DNA of 64,000 nt, from the NCBI GenBank assembly GCA_051294375.1, contig CM119268.1:492415-556414 (forward strand), written 5' to 3'. Positions 29,386-53,500 of the stretch are shown here, in pieces. This DNA comes from Paraspadella gotoi. Its lineage: Eukaryota > Animalia > Chaetognatha. Within the stretch, counting starts at the first letter, position 1. The number at the start of each line of letters is the position of its first letter. The translations under genes were made by a program, and so were the position numbers. The notes beneath the pieces were generated by a model. That model was not told where the DNA came from, searched no databases, and saw only the letters and a program-made list of their open reading frames with translations.

Positions 29386-31389
29386 CACCATTGTCTGATG
29401 TCAAACTTAGTGTCATATATAGTCAGAGGTCGTTCGATGTATTTTTGACATACGATGTCTTTCGTGACGGCCAAGTTAGAATTTCGTCCAAATTCTGAAA
29501 TGAATTACGAAGTCAGTTTAAAAACAGATGATCAACTCAACCACAAATATAACCACTAGGCCGGAACAGGTTGAAAACTTGAAGTTCTCTCAAATAAATA
29601 ATGGTTAAGTTACTGTAAGAGAATGTGAACATGAAAATAATTTTTAACCTCACCTTTGCCACAGTTTTTCCCCAACCATGACTCACCTTTGCCACAGTTA
29701 TTCCCCGCCCTCGACTCTCGCACGGCGGTTTAAGATCCAAATATTTTGACTCCATCGATGTTGTGTTGTCGTTTGACGGGTCTGATTCTCTCCAGCAGAG
29801 CCCGGCAGCGGAGGACGATGCCGAGCGAAAGGTCCAAAGTTCGAGAATAGGATGTGATTTTCTTTCGAGGGGGAAAGTGATTGTAGAGAGAATAATTCCT
29901 TTTTTTAGTTTCCAAAAGGTCACACTTCTGATTTTAACTTATTTAGAAAAGTTATGAACAAATATACCTATCTTGCTATGGTAAGGGTCTATCTTTGCTC
30001 TCGGCAGGGAAAAGAGGTAAGTAGGGCGAGGATATATAATGGTCAAAGGAAAGCAGGTCTATCAAAGGGAACAAGGGTAACATAAAAGGGCAGGAGAGGG
30101 AAGAGGGAAGGTTCGTCGGAGAACCGTGACGGGAAGTTGTGATCGGATCTCAAAGACAGATCCGGACTCGTTGAGAGGAGGAAGAAAAGACCCGGGGGAG
30201 ATACGGCCCTGGAGATACGGGGGGCAGCCTTTATCTTCACGACGAACCCTTAAACCACAAAGCATCAGTTTTAATCTAATAATTTAATATTTACTGACAC
30301 TTTGCTTTTCTTCTCAAGCCGACAAAGACTGACTGACTGGCATTGACGATGAACTGCGACGAAATTTAGGCACAATTCCTATGAATTCAAAATGAAAAAA
30401 ATAAAGTAATATAAATTAACTTAAGTTATATTAAATAAGTAGAAAAAGCCCAATTTCATTGGATTGACTCACATCGATGTATTTGAGAAGACGCGGCCAA
30501 ACCCGATCGGAGATGGAGCTGTGAAGAAAAGAAAGAAAAGTCGTGAAAGGTGAGATGTCATCACTAATAAGTCAATTAAGGTCGTAGAAAGTCATTGAGG
30601 ATAATTTCACTCGGGGTCATTGAGGAAGGGCCATCCAGATTAAGTTGCGTCGTTATAGTAAATTATCTCCTTTTTTGCAAAAACTCAATAAGGGCGCAAA
30701 TATAATTCCATAACATTCTATTCCTCTCCGTAACCTGACAAATTTCTACATTTCTTCCGTCTCCTTTTCTCCTTTCTAATTTTATTATCACAGATTCACA
30801 TTAGCCCGATTATCACATTTCCACCTCTCCTTTTAAAATTATCACACTCCTCTCTCTTCTCTTCAAAATTGTCGACCTGTTGACTTCCATCGTCGGTCGT
30901 CCCTATCAATGTCCATATGCCTCCTCCCTGGCCAACACGGCTCCAACTGAACCATGGCCAATTCCACGATGCGATGAGATTGCGAGGGCTGGTGAAAGGA
31001 CCCTGATCCTGTCTCGTCCTCTTCGTCGTCGTCGTCGTCGTTGGCGTCGTCAGCATTTTTGCTTGGTCCTCTTCTTCTTCGTCGTCGTCGTCGTTGTTGT
31101 TGTTATCGTCGCCTCCAAATGAAACAATACGAAAAAATAAAAATAAATAGAACAATTTATCCATCAATAAATTTATCAAACAATCAATCATTCAATCAAT
31201 CAATCAACAAGCAATTGAATTTCAATCATAAATCTTTCAGCGAATTTGTAAAATCCAATCATTCAATTTATCTATGAATGAACTGTCAAATTTATAACAA
31301 AAAAGAGCAATCAATCAATCGATGAATAAATCACTCAATCAATCAATCAATCACTCAAAGAATCCATCAATGAATCAATCAAAGATACT

Positions 31390-31440
<51 letters not shown>

Positions 31441-34400
31441 TTCCAACTAACCAAACAATCAATCATTAAAAAAATCTTCCAACTAATCTAACAGTTAATC
31501 ACACTATCAAACGATCAATCACACTATCAATCATTCAATCAATCAATCAATCAATCTCACCGGCGACATCCCCTCCTCCATCTGCGGTGGCGGCGACGGC
31601 GCCCTCGACGAAGGCGGCGACGCCAAGGGCGTTCCGACCGGCGTCGCAGTGGGCGTGGCGGTGGGCGTTCCCGTCGGCGTCGTCGTGGAAGACGAGGTCC
31701 GATCTGACGAAGAAGAAGAAGACGATTTCTCTTCCGGCGAAGATTCTTCTTTTCTCGGCGAAGATTTCCGGTTCGTCGGCATCGTCGTCTTCGTTCGTCG
31801 TCGTCTTCGTCGTCGGCATCGTGATTGTCAACGGCGGCGGAAGCGTCACCCTCTTGATCGTCTTCGAGGGCGAAGCGTCTCTTGACGTAGGTGGCGTCGT
31901 CATCGGCGTCGCCACCGGCGTCGCGTTTGGCGTCGTCTCGGCCGACGTTGAAGGTTCCGGCGTCGTTCCTCGTGAATCCCCGTCTTCTTCCTCTTTGGAT
32001 TTCCTCGGCGGTTCGGGCGAAGTCGTCGGCGTTGTTGTCGGCGTTGTCGTCGGCGTTGTCGTCTTCTTTGTCGGCTTGGTCGTTGTCGTCTTCGTCTTTC
32101 TTGTCGGCTTCTTTGTCGGTCTGGTCTTCTTAGTTGAGGAAGCGGAAGATGATCTGTCGCTTTGAGATCCACTCGCCATTTTCTTTGCCGACCTGGCTCT
32201 TCTAGCTGTTGTCGGTCTGGAGAAAGTTTTCGTCGTTGACTCGTTGGAGGATTTATTTTTCATATTTGTCGGTTTAGATTTGGTTTTGTCAACAAAGGAG
32301 AAGCGGATAAGTCGCTGCGGGAATTATCCTCAGTCAACTTTGCTGTTAATTTGGATGTTGTCTTTATTGCTTTGGTCTTTATTGTTGATGTCATTGGATC
32401 GGGTGTTAAAGAGGTTGTCCTAGTCATCGATGTCGGCTTCTTAGTCGTTGATTGTGTCGTCTTGGTCGGCGTTGGTGTTGTCGGCTTCGAAGTCGGTTTT
32501 GGTCCTTGAAGGGGAGACCGACACTTTCTCCCACGAATCGAGTCAATGAGACGAGAAGCGAATGGACGAGCGTCCACCTCGCTGGAAAATAACAGATGGT
32601 TAGTGTAAAGGAAGGATAGTGAATTTATAGTAGCATAAAAAAGTGAATAGAAGAGAATAGCTGATTATAAAAGTTAATTTTTTAATAAATAACTCTTTAG
32701 TAGTATTTGAAACAATTTAAACAAACCTTTTTCCTTAACTTTTCCTCCTTCTCCTCCCCCTTCCTCTTGTTTTATTTCTTTCTTTTTCCATCTTCTCCTT
32801 TTTTCTTTCTCTTCTCCTTCTCCTCTTCCTCCTTCTCCTCTTATTCTCTCTTTAGGTTTCTTCTCTCCTTCTTTAGATTTCTCCTCTCCTTCTTTAGATT
32901 TCTTCTCTCCTTCTTTAGATTTCTTCTCTCCTTCTTTAGATTTTCCTTTCTCTCCTTCTTTAGATTTCTTCTCTCCTTCTTCCTTCCTCTTCTTGTTATT
33001 GTCGTCTCCCTTTCCCCTCCGATTGCTGTTGTTGTTGTTGTCGTTGTCGTTGTTGTTGTTGTCATTGAGATCGGCCAAAAAAGGCCCGACGACGAAAATT
33101 CTGTTCATCTTCCTCCTCTCCTCCTCTTCCTCCTTCCTCCTTCTCCTCTACAATTCCTGTCGAAAGCCATCTCCCTCTTTACTTTTCTCTTCATCTCTCT
33201 CTTCGTCAGATCTTCCTCTTCCTCATTCTTCTTCCCTCTCTCTTCTCTTCCTCCTTCTCTTTCCTCATTCCCGCTCCGACGACAACCCTCTATAAAAGCC
33301 TTGGCTCTCTCATCTCTCTTTCCATCTCTTCCTCCGTCAAATCATCTTCTTCTTCCTCCTTCATCTTCATCTTCTTTCTTTTTTCCTCTTCTTCCTCCTC
33401 CTCCTCCTCCTCCTCCTCCTCTCCCTCTCCTTCTTCCTCTTCTTCCTCCTCTTCTTCCTCCTTCACGACGAAAAAAGTTCTCCACAACGAATTTGACGAG
33501 ATTGAGACACGAAGTCACTTTGTAGTCGACGACGAATTTCACTCGGTCGTCGAAGCGTCCAAGGTTGTAGGCTCTTCAAGATAAGGGTAAGTGAAAGGTA
33601 AGAAATGGTAAGTTTAAACGTTTATAACAATTGTTAATCTGTGAAGCCATCAGTTATAACAACAAGGCCATGTGATTAAGGCATTAAGTGGGCTGAAGAC
33701 TGGTAACAACCGTCTCTTCTGTGCCCACTCGGCTTCAATTGGGAAATGGAGATAGATCCTGGCTTGAAGATTTTTACAAGCCGTCAAGGCGGTTTATGGC
33801 CATCCTCACGCTTCCCGCTGGGTCCTTTGGGGATCGATCTCGGGAACCAAATGGTCATGAGCTGATTGCTTTACTCAATGCGCAACAGGGTCACAAAAGC
33901 AGAACAGATGGCTAAATAATTTACAGACATTAATTCAGGACCCCATTCAATATAAAAATTGAGTACTTGGTTTATTTTAGTTAGGAAAAGCACAGAAAAA
34001 TTGTTTGATGAATGAAATCTTAACAAACCCTACAAATTTTTGACCTGGGACAAATTTCGCTCTTGTCCAAATCCAAGGAGAGATGAATTCTCTTCATGAT
34101 GTTGTTAAGTCCTTCTTTGCTGCTGAAAGACCCGCCTCTCTGCGCGTAGTGGTTCCAATAACTCTCGGGCCACAATTGCATTAGTTGGTGAATGGGTCCG
34201 CCGTTGCCGCCGTCCAGAATAAGTTGGGAACGAGGGGACGAATCTGCTCGGGTACTTGGATCACCTGAGAAGGTAGGGCATGGCAGGGCATGGCCGGGCA
34301 AGGTAGGGCATGGCATTGCCTTGTTAGGAGTGATTGATTGAGTCACTACATAATTTAACATTTGATCGATAACTGGAACAATTGGACCGTGTATGAATTT

Positions 34401-34657
34401 TTTTTGATGATTTGATTGAATTGATTGGTTGATTGACTGCTTTTTTCATTGCCTCCGAGTTTTTTTTTAATTGATAATTTAATTACTTGATTTGATTTGA
34501 TTAATTGATACAGTGATTGAAGAATTGATTGATTGAATGACTGATTGATCGATGGTTTTTCTCTCCCCTTTTCCGCCTCACCTCATTCCTGATTTATTGA
34601 TTGATTGATTGATTGATCGATTGATTTCTCTCCCCTTTTTCCGCCTCACCTCATTCC

Positions 34658-34693
<36 letters not shown>

Positions 34694-34887
34694 CGATTGA
34701 TTTCTCTCCCCTTTTTCCGCCTCACCTCATTCCTGATTTATTGATTGATTGATTGATTGATGATTGATCGATTGATTTCTCTCTCCCTTTTCCGCCTCAC
34801 CTCATTCCTGATTTATTGATTGATTGATTGATTGAATGACTGATTGATCGATTGATTTCTTTCCCCTTTTCCGCCTCACCTCATTCC

Positions 34888-34924
<37 letters not shown>

Positions 34925-35755
34925 GACTGATTGATGGATTGATTTCTCTCCCCTTTTCCGCCTCACCTCATTCCTGATTTATTGATTGATTGATTGATTG
35001 ATAGGCTGATTGATGGATTGATTTCTCTCCCCTTTTCCGCCTCACCTCATTCCTATATCTCTCCCGCACCAAGATAAGTCTTTTCTCTCTCGGTCCGACC
35101 TTCGCCTTTTCAACTTCCGTCAACTTCGGCGGAGGAGCAGCGGGGTTCGCGGTCGTCGCCACTTTGCCTGAAATGTTGTAGAATCGGGCGACGCGGAGAC
35201 ACGCCTCTACCTGGGAGGAGGAGGAGGAGGAGGGGAGTTGGGAAAAATTGGCTTCACCTGAGAGGAGGAGGAGAGTTAAAACTAATAGCTATCCCTGGAG
35301 GAGGAGGGATTCTCGCTGGCAGGAGGAAGAAAAGTAAGAGAAGGGCAATGTGAGTGGAGAAAATAAAGAGGCGTGGCTGCACCTGGAAGGAGGAGGGAAA
35401 TAAGGACAAATGGCTATATCTGGGAGGAGGAGGGAAAGTAGAGACACAGAGCAGTTAACGAAACCCGTTCTACTAAATAATAACGCGTATATCCAAATAT
35501 AACCCACATAATTTAAACAAATTTTTAACCCAGCTCCCTTTGCCCAAGCTAAACTACAAACCTTACAGGGTCTGACTCAGCTTGGCTCTCCCTAGACCCA
35601 GCTTGCCAATATCTCATTCGACCCTACCTGTCGATTCACATCCTCCCAATGAGTCGCCGTGACGATCTTCTCCACCAACCTCGACGTCTCATCGCTGCTC
35701 GGATCAAGTAGTAACCGTTGCCTCCGAGGAGACAGACTTTCCCTTTTTCAGATGC

Positions 35756-35841
<86 letters not shown>

Positions 35842-36961
35842 GTCATCATCATCATCATCATCATCATCAGGGGTTAAATTCCAGCCCGGTTCCTGCTCTT
35901 AGAAAAGCGGGGCGTAGGCGACTAACCAAGCTGAGGACTCATTCCATGGCTGCTAGAGAGGGTTGAAGTAAGTAACTGAAGTCATCCTTAGCTTATTTTA
36001 GCGCTTCATCCACACACAAATTCATTTAGAGCTTCATCCACACACAAATTCATTTAGAGCTTCATCCACACAACAAATTAGCGCTTCACCACACACATTC
36101 CTGTTATTTTGGGGCGGATAAGCCTTTTGAGTGGCAGGAGGCCGTCACTGAGGGGACGCCCCCCTTCTATCGCAAGCAATTACGACGTTATCCATTTCTC
36201 TTTATCCGTTAAATTCAGCGAATCTTCCCGCCTGATTGTTTCTAACTGTTTCCACCTTTTCTCTCTCGCCTGGCACCGCGCCCTTTGCCTGGTTCCTGTT
36301 CTCCTTATTTGCCTGGTTCCCCCTCTCGCTTTTTTTCTTTCTTTCTTCTTAGCCTCTTTTCTCTCTTTTCATCCCTGGCCTTTTTCCCATTGCTGGCCTT
36401 TGTTTCCATCCCTGGCCTTTTTCCCATCCCTGGCCCTTTTCCCATCCCTGGTCTTTTTCCCATCCCTGGCCTTTTTCCCATCCCTGGCCTTTTTCCCATC
36501 CCTGGCCTTTTTCCCATCCCTGGCCTTTTTTCCATTCCTGGCTTTTTTCCCATCCCTGGCCTTTTTTCCCATCCCTGGCCTTTTTTCATTCCTGGCCTTT
36601 TTCCCCATCACGGCCCCTTTGCCTGTCTCGCGATGTCCATCGCGCGACGAACTCGTTGCAGTTGACGAGTGTATCAACGTTGCATTCTGGCAGAGGAGGA
36701 AGAATTCTCGTGTAGCTGAAATGAGGAGGAGGAGGAGGGGAGGGGGAAGTGGAGGGGGAAGAGGAGAGGGAAGGAGGAGGAGAGAGAAGGGGGAGGGGGA
36801 GGAGTAGGAAGATAAAGAGGAGATGGAGTGGGGGAGGAGGAGGAGGAAAAGGAGGAGGAGGGGAGTAAAGAGATGACTTTCTATTAAAGTGGAAAAGGAA
36901 AACGTTACCTCTCTTTCTCTCTGTCTGTCTATTTCTCTCTTCCTCTCTTCTCTGTCTCTAT
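29386..36961 (-). pseudogene. Inverted near-identical partial copy of paralog C (lacks the 3' catalytic exons); probable assembly duplication
   Basis: Reverse complement of 37272-44825 including introns. It differs mainly by 1-bp indels that frameshift exons, ends after the KFDIRQW exon and abuts the N gap. Confidence 0.75.
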
Positions 36962-37036
36962 CCCTCCCTTTCTCTCTCTCTCTCTTTCTCTTTATTTCTT
37001 TCTCTCTTTCTCTCTCTCTCTATCTATCTCATTCTT

Positions 37037-37077
<41 letters not shown>

Positions 37078-37112
37078 CTTTCTCTTTCTCCCTCTCTCTC
37101 TGTCTCTCTCTT

Positions 37113-37146
<34 letters not shown>

Positions 37147-37175
37147 TCTGTCTTTCTCTTTCTCTGTCTTTCTGT

Positions 37176-37219
<44 letters not shown>

Positions 37220-37246
37220 TTTCTCTCTCTATTTGTATTTCTTTTT

Positions 37247-37271
37247 NNNNNNNNNNNNNNNNNNNNNNNNN
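37247..37271. other. Assembly gap, 25 N, at the centre of the inverted duplication
   Basis: Run of N in the sequence. Confidence 1.
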
Positions 37272-37515
37272 ATAGAGACAGAGAAAGAGAGGAAGAGAGA
37301 AATAGACAGACAGAGAGAAAGAGAGGTAACGTTTTCCTTTTCCACTTTAATAGAAAGTCATCTCTTTACTCCCCTCCTCCTCCTTTTCCTCCTCCTCCTC
37401 CCCCACTCCATCTCCTCTTTATCTTCCTACTCCTCCCCTCCCCCTTCTCCTCCTCCTCCTTCCCTCTCCTCTTCCCCTCCACTTCCCCTCCCCCTCCTCC
37501 TCCTCCTCATTTCAG

Positions 37516-47307
<9,792 letters not shown>

Positions 47308-47526
47308 AGAACAAAAATTAGTTTTTGATCATTAAATCTCGATTAAGTTTAAATAAAAGTGATATAAGAAATATAGTAATAAAAAATGAATAATTTAATG
47401 AAAATAGTTCCGTGAATTAGAATGAAAATGATAATCAATAAATGAATGAATGAATGAATGAATGAATGAATGAATGAATGAATGAATGAATGATGGAACG
47501 ATTAAAGTAACGAACTAACGAAATAA

Positions 47527-47752
47527 ACCAACCGTTCATCGGTGGCCATTGGCGCAGGAGGCAAGTCATTTGCCTCCCAACCCAAAGGTCCCGGGCTCTA
47601 CCCCGCTGGCCGACTCTCAGTTAAGAGGGACCGGGCCCTTAACCCGCCGGTAACATCGTGTTACAGCCTGGTACTAAGCTCAGGGACTGATTAAAAAGTG
47701 ATTATACTCATCGGGATTGTAGCTAACTCACTACATTTAAATTGTCTTTTCC
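47527..47752 (+). mobile_element. Family-1 older copy, T1 pseudoknot disrupted
   Basis: Homologous throughout. P5 shows a compensatory change (TCAGTT/GACTGA), but loop TACTAAGC no longer pairs with CCG. Confidence 0.75.
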
Positions 47753-47839
47753 GAGCTCGACGCATTCGCCTACTCCAACTGACATTAATCATTCGTAAAA
47801 ATAACCCGAATTAACATAAGCATTAAACCGGTGTTACAG

Positions 47840-48071
47840 CTCAAGTCTGTGAAGGTCACATCTTTTGCCTCACGTAGTTCACCGTTGCCAATAGTCAGGC
47901 CCGCATCGAGCATATTCCGACAAAAGGTGTCGTCTCTCACCCCAGACTAAAAAAAATTTCAAAAGTAATTCCTTGATTTTTTAATTTGAGTCAGAAAAAA
48001 ACACACGTCATGAGTTCTAGAATATTCTTTGTCTTTGACTCATCCACACTCTCTCTTTCTCTCTTTCTCTC

Positions 48072-48119
<48 letters not shown>

Positions 48120-48950
48120 GGACCTTCGATGTACAAATTCCTCTTCAGCGAACTTCTGCCAGAAGAGACGAAAATAGATTGGGATGATGGACAACTTAGG
48201 ATGATGGACAAGTTAGGACAACTTCGTGATTGGAATGATGGACAACTTAGTAGATCTTGTTGCGACGAAAACTACGAAGAAGACATTTCCAACTTTAAAT
48301 TCTTCAAAATTCAAATTTCGTCTGCATCGTCAAAGTCAACTCTTTCATTCTTCAATGGGAACAAATCCCAGTAACAGGCCATCCCAGGCCAACAGGCCAA
48401 CAGGCCAACGGGCCAGGCAACAAATCCCAGCAACAGGCATGGACTATTTGCTGAGTTGACCAAAAAGATATCATCTCATTCTCCCTCTAGTGAATTCAAG
48501 CATCTCATTCTCGTCGGATGGAGTTTTGAAGGGAAACTCTATTTTTAGGGAAGACTCGGCCCAAAAGGACTTTAAAACCAGGAATGTTTTACGATAATCA
48601 GTTGATTCAATTCGATCCAGAGACTAATAGGTTCTTTTATTTCTCAATGTAAGAGATGAATATTTAATATGATCTTAAATAAGATTGAATTTCTCAATCT
48701 CATTTACATATTTTAGTATTAAATCTAAATGAGTTCATTTTCATTTTGGATTTCATATTAGTTTTTTTTTCCTTTTTTCCAATAGTAATTAAATGAAAAA
48801 GTTTATATTCATGACGTTTTTTCACATTTTGAACATGAAAAGTCAAAGTTGGTCGTCATTGAGATTCGGTCTTCCTGCCTCCATTTGCCCCAACACCCTG
48901 TCCCCAATCTTCGCCTCTCTAATACTTCTCGTTTGGCTGAAGGTTGGTGG
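47840..48950 (+). pseudogene. Decayed Kelch-repeat gene fragments (KLHDC1/2-like)
   Basis: Fragments IEHIPTKGVVSHPRLK (~47905-47950), LVGWSFEGKLYF*GRLGP (~48510-48565) and YDNQLIQFDPETN|SWSSL (48590-48630 spliced to ~48849) resemble Kelch blades and are interrupted by stops and frameshifts. Confidence 0.35.
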
Positions 48951-49288
48951 ACATGAGGCGGTGTGAATATACCGCCACACAGGTCAGTTAGTCATTGGAG
49001 TGGTCTACAGATAATTAGTATAAGCATCAGCAGAGAAATTAAATAATACGATGAAAGTGATAAACATTGATGATAATGATAAATATTGATGATAGTGATA
49101 AATATTTATCGCAGAAACGCATCGGGGAAATCCTGATTCTTAAATCGAATTTTCTGAAATTTTGAAAAAATAAATTTTTGAAAACTTGGGAAAAAAGGTT
49201 TTTGAATTACTTTTACAATAATTGAAATAAAAGTGTTAAACAAAATAGCAAAACCTCAAAAATCGGGATTACGTAGAGACGTGGAAAA

Positions 49289-49319
<31 letters not shown>

Positions 49320-49588
49320 TAAGATGATTATGATGAAGAGAATGATGAAGATGATTAAGATGATGAAGATGTGGAAGTTGATGATGTTGATGTTGATGAT
49401 GATGATGATGATGACGATGATGTGAGTCAAGATAACCTCTATCTACAGTCAACTCTTTCCAAATATTTAAATTTCTTAAATTTAAATTTAAAAAAATATG
49501 GCAAAGAATCAAAGTTTACAATTTCGTCTCAAACTTTTTATCTTTCAATTTTCTTTTTTAATTTTTTTTTCATCGAATTTGAAATGAG

Positions 49589-50495
49589 ATGAATCGCGGA
49601 GGCGAATCGCCCACCGACGACGATGGAGAGAGAGATGAAACGGGAGAGAGAGCGAGACGGGTAAGTGTCAAAATCTCGCTCTCTATAAATTGGTTAAGTT
49701 AATTTGTTATTGCCCACTCGTCCAACAGTTCGCTAGTGTTTTAAATAAGGATTGTATTAAATATTTCCCATTGATTGATATGAACACATTTCATATAAAT
49801 CAAGCTCTTATATCATTCAATCGCTGAACATTCATCAATAAATAAACATTAAAATCAATCAATCAATTATTTAACGCAATTATTCCATCTTTAAATTATT
49901 TAATCAGATAATTACGTCAATCAATCAAAACTAGATAATTGTAGCTCGCGGCATCGTCATCGCACCGCTGCCACCACATTTAAGAAAAAACTCATGGATT
50001 TCTTGGATGAAATCAAAACGAGATTTATTCTGAGAATAATAGTGAGACGGTGAGACACACGTGGGAGTCCAGATCAATTCTACTTAAACTAAGGAAAGCT
50101 AAGTCTATTTATATCTGAAGAAGAGTATCAGAGGCAAGAGTTGTTTTGACAGTTCCATTGATTCTTCAAGCTGATTGGTCGATGCCATTTTCTCCTCGAC
50201 CAATCATAATCCTGTAATTCCGATTCTGCGGATTTTACCCGATCCTCCAATTCGATTTGGATTTTGATTCTGATTTATATTTGATTTCACTTCAGGTAAG
50301 GCAACTGCGACGCAATATATTAATAAATCAAATCACTTCAGGTCGAGACAAAGGACAAAGGAGCTGGCAACGACTCCAGCAAGGCTCTCGTGGCCCTGGC
50401 TCCTACGCCGACTCCACCAAAGTTTCGCGAATGCTCGGTCGACTACGCAATTCCGCTACAGCGACTGCGTCGCGCTATGAGGATAGCGAAAGAGG

Positions 50496-50560
<65 letters not shown>

Positions 50561-53500
50561 TTAGTGCAATGAAGTTTATTGAGCTTACTCGCGTTGTCTC
50601 TCCCTCTCTTTATCTTTTTCTCTCTCTGTCTGTCTCTGTCTCTCTCTCTTTTTCTTTGCCGAGTATTCTCTCTCTCTCCCCCCTCTCCCAGGCCTCTTCC
50701 CGCTCCAAAGTCTGTCTCCTCGGAGGCAACGGTTACTACTACGTCCGCGAAGCGCTTCGTCGACGCGGTTGGGTGGAGAAGTTGGTCACGACCTCCAATT
50801 GGGAGGACGTCAATCGTCAGGTGGAGGCCTGCATCTGTACGGATCGATATCGGCGTCGACGCGCGAGAATGACGACTGTGACGGAACGCGTCAGGTCAGT
50901 CTCGCCACGCCCAACCGTCAAAATCATCATCGATCCGCGTGGCAACGCCAGCGTCAACGCTACCGCGCCACGAAGCGCCGGCGTCAACGCCACCGCGCCA
51001 CGAAGCGCCAGTGCTGACGCCAAAAACGACGATAATTCGAAAAACTTGCCCGGCGCCGGCGCTCGTAACATCACCGTCACGCGCGCCAATTCTCGCGCCA
51101 ATTCTCGCGCCAATTCTCGCGCCAATTCGCGCGCCACTTCGCGCGCCAAATCTAATTCTTCCAAGAAGAAAAACGTTCAAATTCTCTACAGTAAAAACGC
51201 CAATTTTTTAAATCGTGGATATTTCAAGATCAATTTGCCCAATAACAAAAAATCCCATCACAGCCGATATAAACGAACCGTGCCGAAATTCACTCCGGCT
51301 TTGACCTTAAACGCCAGCGCTAATTCTCACAACAGTTCCCTCAATCCCACCGGCGGAAAAGGCATTGCCACACCCCCGCAAACCCCCAACGCCGTCTCCT
51401 CTTTTCCCAATCGTTGCGATAAATGCATTAATTCATACTATAACGCCAACGTCAGTACGAGCACTCCTGATAATCACGTTATACATCGTAAAAATGCTAA
51501 ATTAAGCAAAGATAATAAAACTAATAATAATGAGGATGAAGATGATGAAGATGATGAAGGTGATGATGATGATGACGAAAATCTTTTAAGAGTCGACGAT
51601 ATCATTTTGGATGAGAAGATGAAGGAAGATGACGACGATGCCGCAGACGCAGCTGCAGACGCCGCCGCCGAAGCCGCAGCCGACTCACCGCCTCTGGAAA
51701 CGCCGGAACAACGCAGGGTCCGCGTCCGGCAGCAGTACCGGGAGGAAGTGCTGCAAGTTCCGTCCATCATCGGCAACTTTAAGCCCAACTTTTTCTGGAC
51801 TTCGGGTCAGAGCCGGCTAATGTATCGTTTGCTTCAATCTTGGCCCAACATCGTATGGAATCATTTCATCAACCGAGGTGGATCCTTCACCACTAAATTG
51901 GGTCTTTGCAACATCATGAACAGGATTCACTGGAAATTAGATCTCGACAAAAACGATATGTTTCCGAGGTTAAGGGTCAGAGCTGAGACAGAAATTTAAA
52001 GGTTAATGTTTACTGTTAACTGTTTAAATGTTAATGTTAACTGTTAACTGTAAACTGTTTAAAGGTTAATGTTAACTGCATTAGATTAATTTTGTTATAG
52101 GTTCCCATCCATGGGTAATTGGATATTTAAAATTTTATTTACTGTTATATTGGTACAACCAATCGACGGACTTGATTGGCTTAGTGATGTGATAATAATA
52201 AAATAAAATGCAAAGGAAAAAAAGTAATACTTTCTATCTATGAATCATCTAAAAATGTATTAATAATATATAGAGTCATGCTAGAAAATGTATGTTCGTT
52301 TAATATAAAGTTTCATTTTCGGAATTTTTACCCAAAATCTAACCTTTCTGACCTCCTACCCTTATTATATGACATTAACTTAACTGTTCACTACCAGGGC
52401 TTACTACCTCTCCAACTTGGAACAGCGTCAAGACTTTGTGGACAATTATCGGATCACGGCCTGCTTGAATCTGGTCAAATTCGTGGTCCAGAGAAGAAGG
52501 GGAGGAGGAGCGAGGGAGGAAGCGAGGAGAAATAAGGAGGAGGAAGAGGAGGAAAAGATTGTGATCGCCGTGCAGGGGAAGAAGAGAGGGAAGGAGGAAG
52601 TGGAGGAGGAGGAGAAAGAGTGGATGAAGGATCGGGAGGAAATAGACGATTTGAGGTAGGAAATCGATCTGGGTATTTGTCTGATGTTTGATTGGAAAAC
52701 CTACTTTAAAATAAAGTTAATAATGATAATGAATAATTGGTATTAATCGGTCTTTGTCTAATGTTTGATTGGAGAACCTACTTTAAAATAAAGTTAATAA
52801 TGATAATGATTAATTGGTATTTATCAGTCTTTGTCTAATGTTTGATTGGAGAACCTACTTTAAAATAAAGTTAATAATGATAATGATTAATGGGTATTAA
52901 TGGGTATTTGTCTGATGTTTGATTGGAGAACCTACTTTAAAATAAAGTTAATAATGATAATGAATAATTGGTATTAATCGGTCTTTGTCTAATGTTTGGT
53001 TGGAGAACCTACTTTAAAATAAATTTAATAATGATAATGATTAATTGGTATTTATCAGTCTTTGTCTAATGTTTGATTGGAGAACCTACTTTAAAATAAA
53101 GTTAAGAATTATAATGATTAATGGGTATTAATGGGTATTTGTCTGATGTTTGATTGGAGAACCTACTTTAAAATAAAATTAATAAAAATACATTTTTGAT
53201 TAATCAGAAGATGTATACATATACATATAAATACAAAATGCAAAACATTTTGAAAATACTACAAGGGACAAGTACCAATTCAACTACCTATCGTTGTTAA
53301 TAACTAATTTTGTTAATTATTGCATAAAATATCATTTAAAAGGCCGTTTTTTAAAAGTTGCCAGCAACAGCAGTTTTGGGTTTTTTTTTAACAAATATAT
53401 TAAAGACAGTATTAAATTCTGTTAAAAAGATTGAAAATATGTCCAACATAAACCCATTAAGGTTTTTAGTCGGATCTGCTTTTATAATTCACTTTGTCGG

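Noticed and set aside
47879-48162. Minus-strand mini gene ending ...LLSEYARCGPDYWQR
   Set aside because: No consistent upstream exon chain; the plus strand gives Kelch-like motifs instead.
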